51,904 nt of DNA, from the NCBI GenBank assembly GCA_048213135.1, contig PS015451.1, forward strand, positions 8,443-60,346. Direction: 5' to 3'. Below, piece after piece: positions 1-12,531 of the stretch. The notes beneath the pieces are model-generated. The model was not told the DNA's origin. It did no database searches and saw only the letters and a list, made by a program, of their open reading frames with translations. Each line of letters begins with the position of its first letter. Position 1 is the stretch's first letter. Both the position numbers and the translations under genes were made by a program. The stretch comes from Reclinomonas americana ATCC 50394 (lineage: Eukaryota).

Positions 1-95
1 GTACGTACGTACGTACGTACGTACGTACGTACGTACGTCGTACTCTCTCGTACGTACGTACGTACGTACTCTCTACGTACGTACGTACGTAGTAC

Positions 96-135
<40 letters not shown>

Positions 136-245
136 GACCTCTTCGCACGTTCATCTGTTACTCATCACTTCCCATCAATCAATCACTCTCTCTCCTCCCC
201 TTCTCCTCCCATTCTCCTCCCCTTCTCTCCTCCCCCACACCACAC

Positions 246-461
246 CTCTGCCGCCTTCCTCGGCCGCGGCCACGCCGGTCCCAGACACTTGGCGACCTGC
301 ACACGCACTCCCATCACCAACGGCGACTCCATGAACCCCTTCAGATCGCGATCCTGACAGTCACTGATGTAGGCGCGCATCCATTGTTGCTGCTGCTGCT
401 CGCCCTCGCCCACTAATGACTCCTCGTCGAGCTCAGACGCTTTGCCTTCGCGCAACTCCAT
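246..461 (-). CDS. First exon of an unknown protein; gene continues off the left edge
   Basis: ATG at 461, MELREGKASELDEESLV...RKAAE followed by a GTGTGG donor at 245. Downstream is obscured by (CT)n and low-quality sequence. Confidence 0.5.
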
Positions 462-1268
462 TGTGAATAAAGAGAACGAATTTGCGCTCGTCCTGTTGCC
501 TCTCTCGCGCCCTTTCTTACATGCAACCGAGAAAGGTATCTGCTACATGCACTGTATGCGAATCTCTTCACGAATAGTGCTTGTGCGCTTCAGCAACGGT
601 TGCGACGTCGACTAGTACTACAGCTTTCGAATTCGTTCGTCCTGCACCTGTGTTTCTCCTGTCACTTGCGCCATGTTCTGTCTTGTATCCCAGCGAGAAG
701 GCCATCTGCTAGTTGTACAGAATGCGCATCTGATCTCGATTTGTGCTTCTGCGGTTCTGCAGCTTCGAATTCAATATCGATATCGCGATCGCTGCTGTTG
801 ACAGTGCTGCAAGTTGAATTGAAATGCGTGGAGGTAGGCGACGCTTGAGCACAGAAGGGCGCACCTTGAGGCCTGATCGCACGAAGACTTGGCGCAGTGG
901 AGCGAGCGGGCTTGAACTCGATTTCGATATTGCGACGTCGAGCTTGCAGAACTCTTGATCTGCAACTGCACTGGCGGATCTGTTGGTTGAACAGTGTGAG
1001 CGGCAGCTAGTAGTCTCTCTGTTCTGGCACGTAAAGACTGCTTGGAGGCCGTAAGAGATGGGGAAGAAATTTTCATCGATATCGAAAATGATTGACGGTG
1101 TGAACGTGGAGGCAGGCTGCAGAGGTACCACTGTGCCCTCGATTACGTGTCGATGTACGCAGTGGGCGAGGGGTGAGAGAGTGGCCAGCTCAGTCGCACT
1201 GTTCCCGTTATTTCCCGCGTCGCAGTGACCGTTACACTTTTTTCATTGTCAGTGCGAGAGAAGACAAG

Positions 1269-3767
1269 ATGGCAGCAACGGTGGCACCGTTTGTCGTGCA
1301 AGAGGATGTGGACATGGAACAGGATGAGCATGATGCAGAGGAGACTGCACACAGCTTGTCGCGACGTGAGAAGCTGAAGGAGTGGAAGAACCAGGTATGA
1401 GAGAGAGAGAAGATGCCTCGTCTCCACTTGCACGCATCATCGCTCCTCCTCACTGCCAGACTGTGTCGTGCCTCCCCTTGGCATTCTCACTCGCTCACTC
1501 GCACACATTCGTCACTCTTCTCCTCTCTTCCCCTGTCTTCTCCTCCCTTCTGTTGCCTTCTACTCTCTTCCACTGTCTTCCAGTCTTCTCCCTTCTCTTA
1601 CCTTCTACTCTTCTCCTCTCTTCGCCTCTCTTCACCTCTCTTCACCTCTCTTCTCCTCTCTCTTCTTCTTCCACTCTCAAGTCTTCCTTTCCATTATTCA
1701 CCTCCCTGTCCACTCTTCAACTCTTCTCTTCTCTTCTTCCCACCTCTCCTCTCTTCTCCTCTCTTCTTCTTTCTTCTTCTACTTCTCCATTCTCCACTTC
1801 TCTTCTCCTTCATTCACCTCCATTTCCTCTTCTCTTCTCTTCCTCATCTTCTCATCCCTTCCTCATCCCTTCTCCTCCCTCTCCTCACCTCTTCCTCCTT
1901 TCTCCATTCCCTTCTCCTCCCCTATCCTCCCTCTCCTCCCTTCTCCTCCCCCTTATTCTCCCTTCTCCTCACCTCTTCCCCCCTTCACCCCTTCTCCCCC
2001 CTTTCCGTTCTCCTTCCTTCCCCTCTCCCTTCCCCGCAGCTGAAGCAACGCGAGGCCGAGGAGAAGCACAAGAAGCAGCAGCAACAGCAGGCCGCCGCCA
2101 TCAAGGCCACTCGCGCCACTCACCCGCGCAACGCCGAGGGCGGCCGAGGCACACGATCGTACAACCTGCGTTCGATGGCTGCACGTGCGCATCTGGCCGA
2201 GGTGGAGGCCAAGGACAAGGAGAACGAGATGGTGCAGCTGCGAGCGCTGCCGATGCCGTCGAGCACCTTCAAGGCGCCGCAGGAGAAGAAGCGCACGGAG
2301 GAGGCAGTGGCGTTTGTGCTGGAGGCGCCAGTGTTGCGCACGGTGCGTGTCAGTTCTTTCATGGTGCAGAGCAATGTGAGCAAGAGACGCAGAATAGAGT
2401 GAGTTTTCGGAGTGTGTGGAGAGGGCATGGTTGTCATGGTAGGAGATTCATCGCCTTCTTACTCTTCGTCCGCGCGCAGTCGCAACGCGCGCAACGCAAG
2501 CGCTCGAACCCTGCCGTCCTGGACGAGCAGCCCAGCAAGGTACGCCTGCGTGCATCGTCAATCTTGCCCTCTCCCGCCTCACACTTCACCTGCTGCAGAC
2601 CGAGGAACCACAACGCAAGACGCGCAAGACCAACGCCGCACAGAGCACCACCGACGCTGCGCTGTTGGCCCAGATTGAGCGACTAAAGGAGGAGAAAGAG
2701 GCGCTGCAGAACGAAGTGGCCGCCATGCGCAGCAAGGCAGACTCATTCCGCGCGCACTTTGGCGAGAGGTTGCGAGAGGCCGCCGACGAGATCGTGTTCA
2801 AGCGCACGGAGAGTGGTGACGAGTCGTTGCAGTCGGGATCGGTCAGCGACCTGGTTTCCACGGTGAGTGCGCAATGGCTGTACGAAGAAAAAGCAGCTGC
2901 GCTTAAATTCTCTGTTTGTGTGTTCTCCTTAGTTCAAGCAGCACATGGAGGAGGTGTGTGTGTGTGTTTGTGTGCGATTCCATCCCTAGTCTTATTTCTG
3001 ACTCTCGCTCATGCACAGGCACGCCAGTCGCGAGAGGAACGCGATCGCCAGGAAAGCGCAGCCGAGGAACTCGCTGCGCTGAAGAAGGTTTGCCGAACGC
3101 TGCAAGGGATAGCCAGATGCGCACTTTCGCGATACTCACCCTCTATCGGGGACAGATCCGTCACGCTGAGATTGCACAACGGTCGCAACGTGGCGCCGAG
3201 GTGGTGGCCCTCCGCGCACGCATCGAGGAGCTGCGCGAGTCGCTCGATACGGAGCGTGCATTGTCGCACCAGGCGCTGGCCTTGGCAGAGAACAAGGTGT
3301 GTATCTGTTATCCCCAACAGTGAGACCCCTTTCTTTCCTCATCACTTCCGCATCGTCGCGCGTTGTGCAGGGGGTGCTGTTGGCGGGCGAGATGTACATG
3401 CAGCTGATGCGCGAACGTGCGCAGGCGGAGAAGCTGCAGCAGCTGCTGAAGGAGAAAATGGCGGTGGAGCGCGCTCGATTCCAAGTGCAGTGCTCCCGCG
3501 AGGTTCACCAGCTGCGCGCCAAGGTCGAGAGCGTCTGCCGCGGCATGATGGTCGAGCGCGCACTCTACGAGAAGCTGCATGGCGAGTACGACAACATGAT
3601 TGAGAACATTACGGAGGCGTACGAGGTCGACACGTTGGAGATGGTGCGTATTACAGCAAAGCTGGTATGATGTCACGGGCTCACTCTCATTTCTCGTTGA
3701 TGCGCAGACGGAGGCGGTGCAGAGCTTTGTGTGCGACGCCATTGGCGACGCCAACGCCATGCTGTGA
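1269..3767 (+). CDS. Uncharacterised coiled-coil protein, about 9 exons
   Basis: ATG 1269. Phase-consistent GT-AG splicing (first intron 1396-2039; 21-nt exon FKQHMEE near 2933). Helical charged segments such as LAQIERLKEEKEALQNEV. Stop TGA 3765-3767. Confidence 0.7.
1510..2035. repeat. Near-pure polypyrimidine (CT-rich) tract filling intron 1
   Basis: About 520 nt almost free of G, made of degenerate CTCTTC/CTCC units. Confidence 0.9.
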
Positions 3768-3990
3768 AAGCGTGAGCAAGTCAATCTTCGTCCTTTGTTG
3801 TTTGTTTTCGTCAAGCGTGTAAGTGTGTTGAAATGAATGGAAATCTGTGCGTGTTTTTTCTTTCGATCACTCACAGCCTTCTTCATCCACGTCGGCGGTG
3901 ATCGGTAGGGGTATTAAAAAAGGAAGATAAGGAGAATGGGAAAGGAGAGAGAGAAGGATTTGGGATCCTGCCGGCCGCACCGAGCACCGC

Positions 3991-6507
3991 TCAGATGCGA
4001 CTGTCGCCACCGCCGGAATGCGCACCACCCGCTGGTTGCTGGCCGGCTCGCTCCTTGATGATGTCGAGCGCGGCGAGGGCACCCGCATACGCATTACGCA
4101 TGGTAAATCGCTCCATCACCACGCGGAATTCGTTGCGTTCCTGCGAGCGGAGAGGGGAAGGGTGAGCACAGCGGGAGGGGGGAAAGCAGGAGGGTGTGCA
4201 CGTACCAACACGCCGTTGTTGTTGGCGTCGACAGATCTGCGGGGGGCGAAGCGAGAGAGGGGGTGAGCATCAGTTTGTTTCACAACAGGCTCACTTCACA
4301 GACTCTGGAGCGCACTCTCTCTCTCTCTCTCTTGCTCACTCTCTCACTCTCTCTCGCTTGCTCCCTCTCTCTCTTTCCTCCCCCGCGCCACGCACCTGAT
4401 GACCTGGTTGACAATCTCTTTTGTGGGCTCCGGTAGCGTAAGCGACGAGTCGACCTTCTTGAGCTCCTTGACGGCCACTGCACAGAACAATCAGCAGGGT
4501 GGCACAGATCGGTGAAAAAAGGTAGCCAACGCAACGTTGATGCAATCCACGCATGGCCTCAAGCACCTCATTGTTGTCCAGTGCGCCGCTCGAGTCCTGC
4601 GGTGAGCGTGTGTATGTTAGAGAGGGTGGGAGACGGGGAAGAGGGAAGGGAGAGAAAAAGGCGCACCTTGTCGTACTTGTTAAAGGTGGTTTCCACTTCC
4701 TCGGCGAACTTTGGTGACTGAATGACCATGGCCATCAAGTCTGTGGAGGTGAAGGAGGCGGAGGGTTAGGTGGAAGCGAAGGGGGGCGAAGGAGGTGCAG
4801 GAAGGAGGCGATGAGGAGACGCGGGCGCAGTTCGAGGGAAAAGGAGACGGGATAGAGAGCGACAAAGCGACGAGAACGAGAAAAAATGAGCGGAGGGTGG
4901 CTACTGTTGGCGGGCACTTGCAGGAGAGCAAGGACGAGGAAAAGGCGAGGACGTGAGCAAGAGACCGCAGTATGCAGGCGGAGGAAAAGAAGGCACTCGC
5001 AGGTGAGCGAGGAGGAGAAGTGAGGAGACGAATGAGAACGAGCAGAGGAGAGCGGCGAGAGGCATCGAGGAAAGCAAGATGTAAGCGGAGGAATACATGC
5101 GCGCAAGAATGTACTCGCGGGAGAACGAGGGGAGACGAAATGAGAACGAGCAGAAGTGAGCCACTAGGGACGTCGAGGAAAGCAAGATGCAGGCGGAGGA
5201 AAAGACGGCACTCGCAGGTGAGCGAGGAGGAGAAGAGAGCAGACGAAATGACAACGAGCAGAGGTGAGCGGTAAGATGCAGACGCAGGTACGCGCACAAA
5301 AAGGCAGCGAGGACGAGGAAACGGCGAGGAGAAGAAATGAGAACGTCAGGAGGAGAGAGCGGCAAGATGCAGACGGAGGATCATGCAAACAACAAGGCAC
5401 TCACTGGGGAGTAAGGACGAGGAAAACAAGAGGAGACGAAATGCGATCGAGAAGAAGGGATCGGCAAGGGACCTCGATGAAAGCAAGATGCAAGCGAAGG
5501 AAGACATGCGCGCAACAAGGCACTCGCGGGAGAGCGAGGACAATGAATGGTGAGAGACGAAATGCGAACGAGAAAAGTGAGCGGCAAGGGGCATCGAGGA
5601 AAGCAAGATGAAGGCGGAGGAATACATAAGGTACTCGCAGGAGAGGAGATGAGCGGACGCCAAAAATCGGAGGAATACAAGCTAACAGGTCACAACGCCG
5701 CAACAGAGTGCACAAACAACAAGAGAATGAGTAGGGGCAAGCAACACCACAAAAGCAAGCTGAGCAAGAAGAAGGCAAGCACAAATTGGGTCAGCGCGGA
5801 GGAATACACACACAACATCGCAACCCGTCCACTCACGCCGCACACAGCACACGAGGAGCAATCACACACACAGAGACAGTGAAAGACAGAGAGGAGAGCG
5901 CGCGCGAGAGAGAGAGAGCATGAGTCATATCGCATTCATGACATGCATGAAACAGACATGAAAGACGCCATGAGACACGAGCAGACACAAGAGAAAGAGA
6001 GAGAAAGTGAGTGAGTGAGAGAAAGAGAGAGGAGGAGGAGGAGGAGAAGAAAGAAGAAGAAGAAGAAGAAGAAGAAGAAGAAGAAGAAGAAGAGCAAGAA
6101 GAAGAAGAAGAAGAAAGACAATGAGAACAAGAAGGAGAAGAAGAAGAAGTAAGACAATGAGGAACAAGAGGAAGAAGAAGAAGAACAAGAAGAAGATGAC
6201 GAAGGTGAAGGAGGTGGAGGGAAAGGAGGAGGAGGAGGAGAAGGAGGTGCAGGGGAAAGAAAACGAGACCGGAAGAAGAGCACGATCGTCAGTGACTCCC
6301 TCACCGGAACTCATTGCTCACACGCTGCGGATCAACGCCCAGAGAGGCAGCTAATGATGCATTCTCCTCGTCTTCTGTGGGCGGAGGCGGAGGAGGCGGA
6401 GGCGGAGGAGGCGCACTGCATGACAGAGTTAGGCATCGACTTTAGGCGCGCATAGGCGTCGCCTTAATGCCACGAAACTCGACTTGTGCTGCCTGTTCCT
6501 CCTCCAT
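3991..6507 (-). CDS. EF-hand calcium-binding protein with N-terminal polyproline
   Basis: Spliced product contains two canonical EF loops (DKDSSGALDNNE, DANNNGVLERNE) split across exons at 4740-4667, ~4597-4536 and ~4235-4205. ATG 6507, stop 3991-3993. Confidence 0.8.
4860..5824. repeat. Degenerate tandem repeat (~110-130 nt units) inside intron 5824-4741
   Basis: Recurring GAGGAAAGCAAGATGCAGGCGGAGGAA, CACTCGC and GAGACGAAATG blocks. Confidence 0.85.
6045..6245. repeat. (AAG)n/(GAG)n microsatellite in intron
   Basis: Direct trinucleotide runs. Confidence 0.9.
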
Positions 6508-6666
6508 GCTCACAAACAACGCAGAGTGAGCGAGCGCGATTTGTCTTTTGTCTCTTTTTGTGTCTGTGTGTGTGTGTGTGTGTGTTCCGCGCGGGCTTTT
6601 CCAGTGGCACACACATTGTGGGAAGTTGGGAGTGTGGTGGGCGTCACACACTCACTCACACACACA

Positions 6667-6726
6667 ATGGACGCAGCATGCATGGTGTGTGTGAGAGAAG
6701 AAACACACAAAACGCACACACATATG

Positions 6727-6775
<49 letters not shown>

Positions 6776-8847
6776 GCACGCCAAGCATGCAACAAACAGA
6801 GAGACAGGTACACACGCACACACACACACACTCACTCTCACACACACTCTCTCTCTCTCACACACAGGATCTGCTTAATGAGGCAGGCGCTGCTCATGTT
6901 GCGTCTCTCTCTTTGTTTGTTTGTGTGTGTGTGCGCGTGTGTGTGTGTGTGTGTGTGTTCTCACTGTGATTGATTGCATGTGCATTGTTTGTCATGTTTT
7001 TGTGCATAGGGCGAGGAAATAACGCGGAGATTTAGTCACTTCTCCGACATTGCCTACGATGCGGCAGTCGCTTACACAGTCATTTGCTTGGTGGTATGTG
7101 TGTGTGTGTGCCTCTTCCTCTCTCTCTTTCTCTCCCTCCCCTTTCCCCTCTCTCTGATCTTGTCGTGGAGGCCTGTTGTCCAGACTGTTCGTCGCCCTCC
7201 GTTGGTGTTTTTCACTGCATTCGAGTCGCACTTCCTTCTCTCTCCTTCCTCGCTCATTCGCTGTTTCCATCCCTATTCACTTTATCTCCTTCTCCTCGCC
7301 TTTTTCTTCACCCTCCCCCTTGTTGCCTCATCACCGCGTCTCCCCAGTTCTATGTTATCTGGCGCAACACCAACTACTTGCAGCGGCGATCGCCTCTGAT
7401 CAACATCGCCTCCATCAGCGTGCTGGTGGCGTGCATGACGTTGCGCTCTCGTTTCGTCTCTCCTCGTTGGTTTTCCCTTTCTCATTAATGTGGTGGTAGT
7501 CTTCTGGTCGCCACCCACTGGCTCAATGACTACTGCTGGCCACAATTCCTCGCCCCACTGCTCCTCACACCGCTGCTGCTAGTCGGCCAATTGTTGCGAG
7601 GTGTGTGTGTGTGAGACTCTCCAACGCGGTTGTCGAAAATCACGTGGACTCACACCAAGCTACTGCCTGCAGCCCTGCGTCTGTACGTAGTATTCAACGC
7701 CGAGTTGGCCCGCTCGCTGGCCATCGAAGATCGTTTCTACAATAGGAGTACGCACGTCTTGATTGGTTTGTGCTTCTTTCCTGCTCCCACATGTGCACAT
7801 CAAGTTTCTGTCTCCCTCTCCCTCTCCCTCTCCCTCTCCCTCTCCCTCTCCCTCTCTTCTTCTCTCCCCTCCCCCACGCCTTGTCTTGTCTGACTCTCTT
7901 TTGGTGATCGCAGGCGGAAGAAAATCGCAGGAACTCGCGCCAGACACCGCCAAACTGCTGCAAGCCGGCATTGCCGTCTCCGACGGCGACACGAGCCAGC
8001 CCGACAAGGCCGAGCAGGGACGCAGCAGAGCGTTCCGACTCGCCCGCTACGTGCGCGAGTCGCGCATGCTCATCTACTATGCGTTCTTGGCGGTTCCACT
8101 CGCCATTGCGGTGATTGTGCTGTCGGTGCAGCATGGTCACGACAATGTCACCGATGTTGCGCATGAGGGGAGGAGGGTGGGGGCACAGATGGCATGTACT
8201 GCCTGTGCCTATTGTCGCTGTGATTCTCTGCTTCCTCGCCTCTCTCCACTTAATCACTCACTGACGTTACGCACGCATGCACGAGAGAGAACAAGCATAT
8301 GGCACTCGCTGTTTCATCCACTCCCTGTCGCTGCTATTGCTGTTCTCTGTGCTTCTCTTTCTTTTCTCTCTCCCGCTCGTTGATGTTGCGCACACATGCA
8401 CGAGGAGGGAAACCACAGATGTCACTCGCTGTTTCATCCACTCCCTGTCGCTGCTGTTGCTGTTTTTTCTTCGTCTCACTCTCTCATGTTGCGCACGCAT
8501 GCACGAGGGGAGGAAGAGCACTGATTGCACTCGCTGTCTCATGCACTGCCTGTCCCCTTTGTCGCTGTGTTCTCAGCTTTCTTGCCCTCTCTACATCTTT
8601 GCCTCTCTCACTCGCACGCATGCGCGAGAGAGAAAATCACTATGGCACTCGCTGTCTCGTGCACTGTCTGTCCCTGTTATCGCTGTTTTCTCTGCGTCTT
8701 CCCTCTCTCCACTCTCTGCCTCTCTGTTGTCGCTCCTCGCCCTCTCTCCACTGCATTTCTTCTCCGTCTTTGCCTCTCCTCTCTATTTTCTTTTCTTCTC
8801 ATTTCATTGCCTCATCCATCTCACAATCTCGTTCGCGCTCAGGTTCA

Positions 8848-8878
<31 letters not shown>

Positions 8879-10426
8879 ATCTGCCCTTGCGTCACTGTCT
8901 CTGATTCACTCTCCGAAAGTGTGCTTGTCAAGGCGTGTTCATAGGTTTAGAAGCAAGTGTGCACGCTTGTATTATATAATTTCGTGTCTCACGCCTCGCC
9001 TTCCTTTTGTCTCACTCCTCTCCTCACTTCTCTCTTTATCTCTTCCCCTCATCATCTCCCTTTCTCGATGATTCGCAGGGCCCCGAAGCTGTGTGCAGCT
9101 GCCTCCGCGCACTGCGCAGCTCGCACACGGGCGCCGCCCTGCTCATGTTCATCCTGGCCGTGGGTCTCGCCATCATGGCCATTGTGTTGCGACACGTCAA
9201 GGTGACCCTGCCGCGATCTTTTCCATTCCGTCGTCCTCCTGTCTTGACAACGCGCTTGCAGGATGAATTCTCCATCAACACCGAGCTCACCTCCGTGGCT
9301 CTGTGCACCACTTGCACCATGGTGCCCTACGCCGGCATCAACGTCGCGCTCGACACCAATACCAATGCACCGGCTCTGGTGGCCAGCGAGGTTCGATGGA
9401 AGCGACCCTTCGATCTTTCACTCCCCACTCTTTTTCATAGTTTCCCTCCCCTCGCAGGCCCTCATCTACATTTTCTACTTTGGCGTCTTCTTCTTCACCA
9501 TGCTACTACCGACGGTGGTGGCGGGCGTGTGGTACTGTCGCAATTTGGCGCGACTGCGTGCGACGCGTCCGTGGACGGCCATGGAGAACGACGGCGTGCG
9601 TGGCGCCGGTCTGGCTCAGCCGCTGGCTCCGTTCCGCCCCGACTCCTTCGAGGCCGTGATTCTCTCCACCGAGAAGCGCACCCTGTTCCGTCGCTATCTG
9701 ATTGGCGAATTTTGTGTCGAGGTGACGCGATCCCATCGCCATGCACTTCCTCCACATTCTCACGCTGTGTTTGAACGACAGGGTCTGCTCTTCATGGAGG
9801 AGGTCAAGAACCTGAAAGAAATGGTGGTCTCCAAGTTCGACGGCAACCCGGCAGGCGTCGTCAACGATTTGCAGATCCGGCGGAGATGTCTGCGTATTTA
9901 TCGCGAGTTTTTCGCCAGCTCGGCCGATCACGAGTTGAATCTGCCGGCGGTGGTGCTCAAGGAGGTGCGTGAGGCCTTTGAGAATCCGGATCACACCAGC
10001 TCCCGCTGGGTCTCGGTGCGCATGCTGGCCGAGTCCGAATGGCGTGGCATGCTGGAGGACCAGGCGGCTTTTATGCAGTATGCCGACGCTGCGGCACTGT
10101 CCGACAGCGTGGCCGACTTTCAAACGTGGACCATGGTCTTGCGCGACTCCATGCCCTTCCGATTACGCACCGGTCAGCTGGCCGACCAAGGCTCAGGGTG
10201 GTGTCTGTGCGTGTCGCAGTTCGACGGAGCACTGCGTGCCGTCAAGCGGCTGCTCCGGTCCGACGCCTTTCCGCGCTTCCGTCAATCACGGCAGGCACGT
10301 CTCTCGCAGATCTCGTTCCTTTGCATCATCTCCCTCACTCACTCCCTTTTTCTTTGGCCACAGTTCCTGGCGTACCAGGCGCGCGCGCGTGACATGGAGG
10401 AAATGTTATCATTAGCTGGCATGTAA
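6667..10426 (+). CDS. 7TM-RGS protein (seven-transmembrane regulator of G-protein signalling)
   Basis: Seven hydrophobic segments after splicing, with RRSP after TM1 and DEFSINTEL before TM6. C-terminal RGS motifs: FRRYLIGEFCVE|GLLFMEEV, IYREFF...ELNL, LLRSDAFPRFRQS. Confidence 0.85.
8153..8700 (+). repeat. Five degenerate ~103-122 nt tandem units in intron 8156-9078
   Basis: Units start GAT-GTTGCGCA (8156), GAC-GTTACGCA (8266), GAT-GTTGCGCA (8385), CAT-GTTGCGCA (8488), with a fifth near 8610. Shared CACTCGCTGT...CCTGTCGCTG core. Confidence 0.9.
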
Positions 10427-10534
10427 TTATTATGAGGGAAAAAATGTATCCTAAACACAAACAAAGAAAAAACCCAACACACCTCTTTATCTTGTTTCTT
10501 TACATTTCAATCTTAACTTGCAAGCGGGCGGCGC

Positions 10535-12089
10535 TCAGGCCTCCTTGACCGCGAAACGTACTTGCCTGAACGCCTGCACCGAGACGGACGAAGGGCCGCC
10601 AAACTCGTCGGCCGCCAGCGCAAAAATGTGCTCAAAATCGTCTCGATCCTCCACCAAGCCGGCCGCCGACGCAATCTCCCACAGCTCCTCTTTGGGCAGC
10701 GGCTGCACAAAGTCCTCCTCCATTACGTTGATGTGCGCGTATCTTGACGGCTGAATGACGCCCTTGGCGTTCGGCTCGCCACCATAGTTGGAGACGTCGG
10801 CCACCGAGCGGTGCTTCGGTGCCTGCACGTCGGTGCGGATGGTCGGCACACCAAAGATGCGCGTCTCCGGGCCCACGTTGCGGTATCCCGGTCGTGTGCT
10901 CCTGCCCAGTGTCGGATCCTCGGCGCTGGCATCCTCCTGTGCGTTGCCACGAAGGCACTCGGCCACACCCCACTCGCGATACTTGCTCGACGGTGCTCCA
11001 AACATGTGGTCTGGCGGCAGGCCGCGTGTGCCGAAACTGTGGGGAATGAGAGAGAGATGTGAGACAGAGAAGAAGCGAGGGGAATTCGGGAACACACACG
11101 AACCCGAGGTTCTTGGACCTGCCGAGCTCGTCCTTCATGTTCTGGGTGACGCCATGCAGCTTGGACACAATCTTGGTCTCCTTGGTGTTCGGATCGTCGG
11201 TCTTGAGGGCCTGTCGCACACCGTCGCGAATCACATTCGACTCGGTGCGACCAAAGCGGTGCGCCGACGGATCGACACCAGCCGACGACCAGTCGTAGCC
11301 TCGCTGCCGCTGCTCTCCAGGCGCATACGAGCCATGTGTGCGTCGGTACAACGCCAGCACCTCCTCGCTGCCGTCGGCGGGCGAATCCTCCGGATAGATC
11401 ACGTTCTTGGAGCTCTCCGACACCGGCACCGGCTTGCCGAACGAGAAGTCTTCCGAGTGCACTTCTTCCGGGAATGTGTGTCCACGAACCGCGGTGCTGC
11501 GAAGGAGAAAGAGCAGTCAGCGGACAGAGGGGAAAGAGGGAGGCGGGAGAAGGAGGGGGGAGTGAAATGAACGCAGCGAACATGAGCTCTGAGAAAGCAA
11601 CGGAGATATTGAACAGAAAGTGGCAGGAAGAAGAACAGATCTCCCTATGGTTCAACAGCAAGGAAGCACCCCCTTTCTTCCCTCTCCCTCTCCCTTCCTC
11701 ATCCCAAGTAGAAGAGCAGAAATGCGCAGCCAAACAAGCCCAGACAGAAGAGACAACTAAACAGACGAACCGACCAAGTGGCTCCTTCACATGCGACGCA
11801 TATCCAGACTCCTGCAGCTCCTGCATCTTCTCCACAATCGACGGACGCAGACCCGGCGCGACAGCCTCCTTGGCCTAATATAATGTACGACTTTCAGAAA
11901 ACCGAACACGTCCGCTGCTCTCTCTTCGCTCGCTCACACTCAACTGTGGCATTGAAGACGTTGGTGTGCCCAAAGCGCATGTCCGGCACCTCATCGTCTG
12001 CGCGTCCGTGGTGTCGCACAGTCACACCCGGTCGCTCAGCAAACGATCGGCGATATCTGTGTGAGTGAGGAAAACCGCCGTGAGAACAC

Positions 12090-12133
<44 letters not shown>

Positions 12134-12494
12134 GAGAGAGAGAGAGAGGAGGAGAGAGAGAGAGAGAGAGAGAGAGAGGAGGAGGAGGTAGTGTAGAAGA
12201 AGACGTACTACTACTCGTCGACGACGTCGTCGGTACGGGTACGGGTACGTACGTACGGTACGGTACGTACGGTGGTAGGGAGGACGNNNNNNNNNNNNNN
12301 NNNNNNNNNNNNNNNNNNNNNNNNNNNNNNNNNNNNNNNNNNNNNNNNNNNNNNNNNNNNNNNNNNNNNNNNNNNNNNNNNNNNNNNNNNNNNNNNNNNN
12401 NNNNNNNNNNNNNNNNNNNNNNNNNNNNNNNNNNNNNNNNNNNNNNNNNNNNNNNNNNNNNNNNNNNNNNNNNNNNNNNAGAGAGAGGGAGAGC

Positions 12495-12531
<37 letters not shown>

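Noticed and set aside
1-97. (GTAC)n palindromic satellite; similar sequence at 12190-12286
   Set aside because: Occurs only next to microsatellites at contig ends and follows the TACG flow order, so probably pyrosequencing noise.
1382-2686. Long Ser/Leu/Pro-rich ORFs (also those at 4680-6350 and 8277-9071)
   Set aside because: Stop-poor translations of intronic low-complexity or repeat DNA.
4860-5824. CRISPR-like repeat-spacer appearance of the intronic arrays
   Set aside because: Whole units are homologous and degenerate, there are no unique spacers or cas genes, and the context is eukaryotic.
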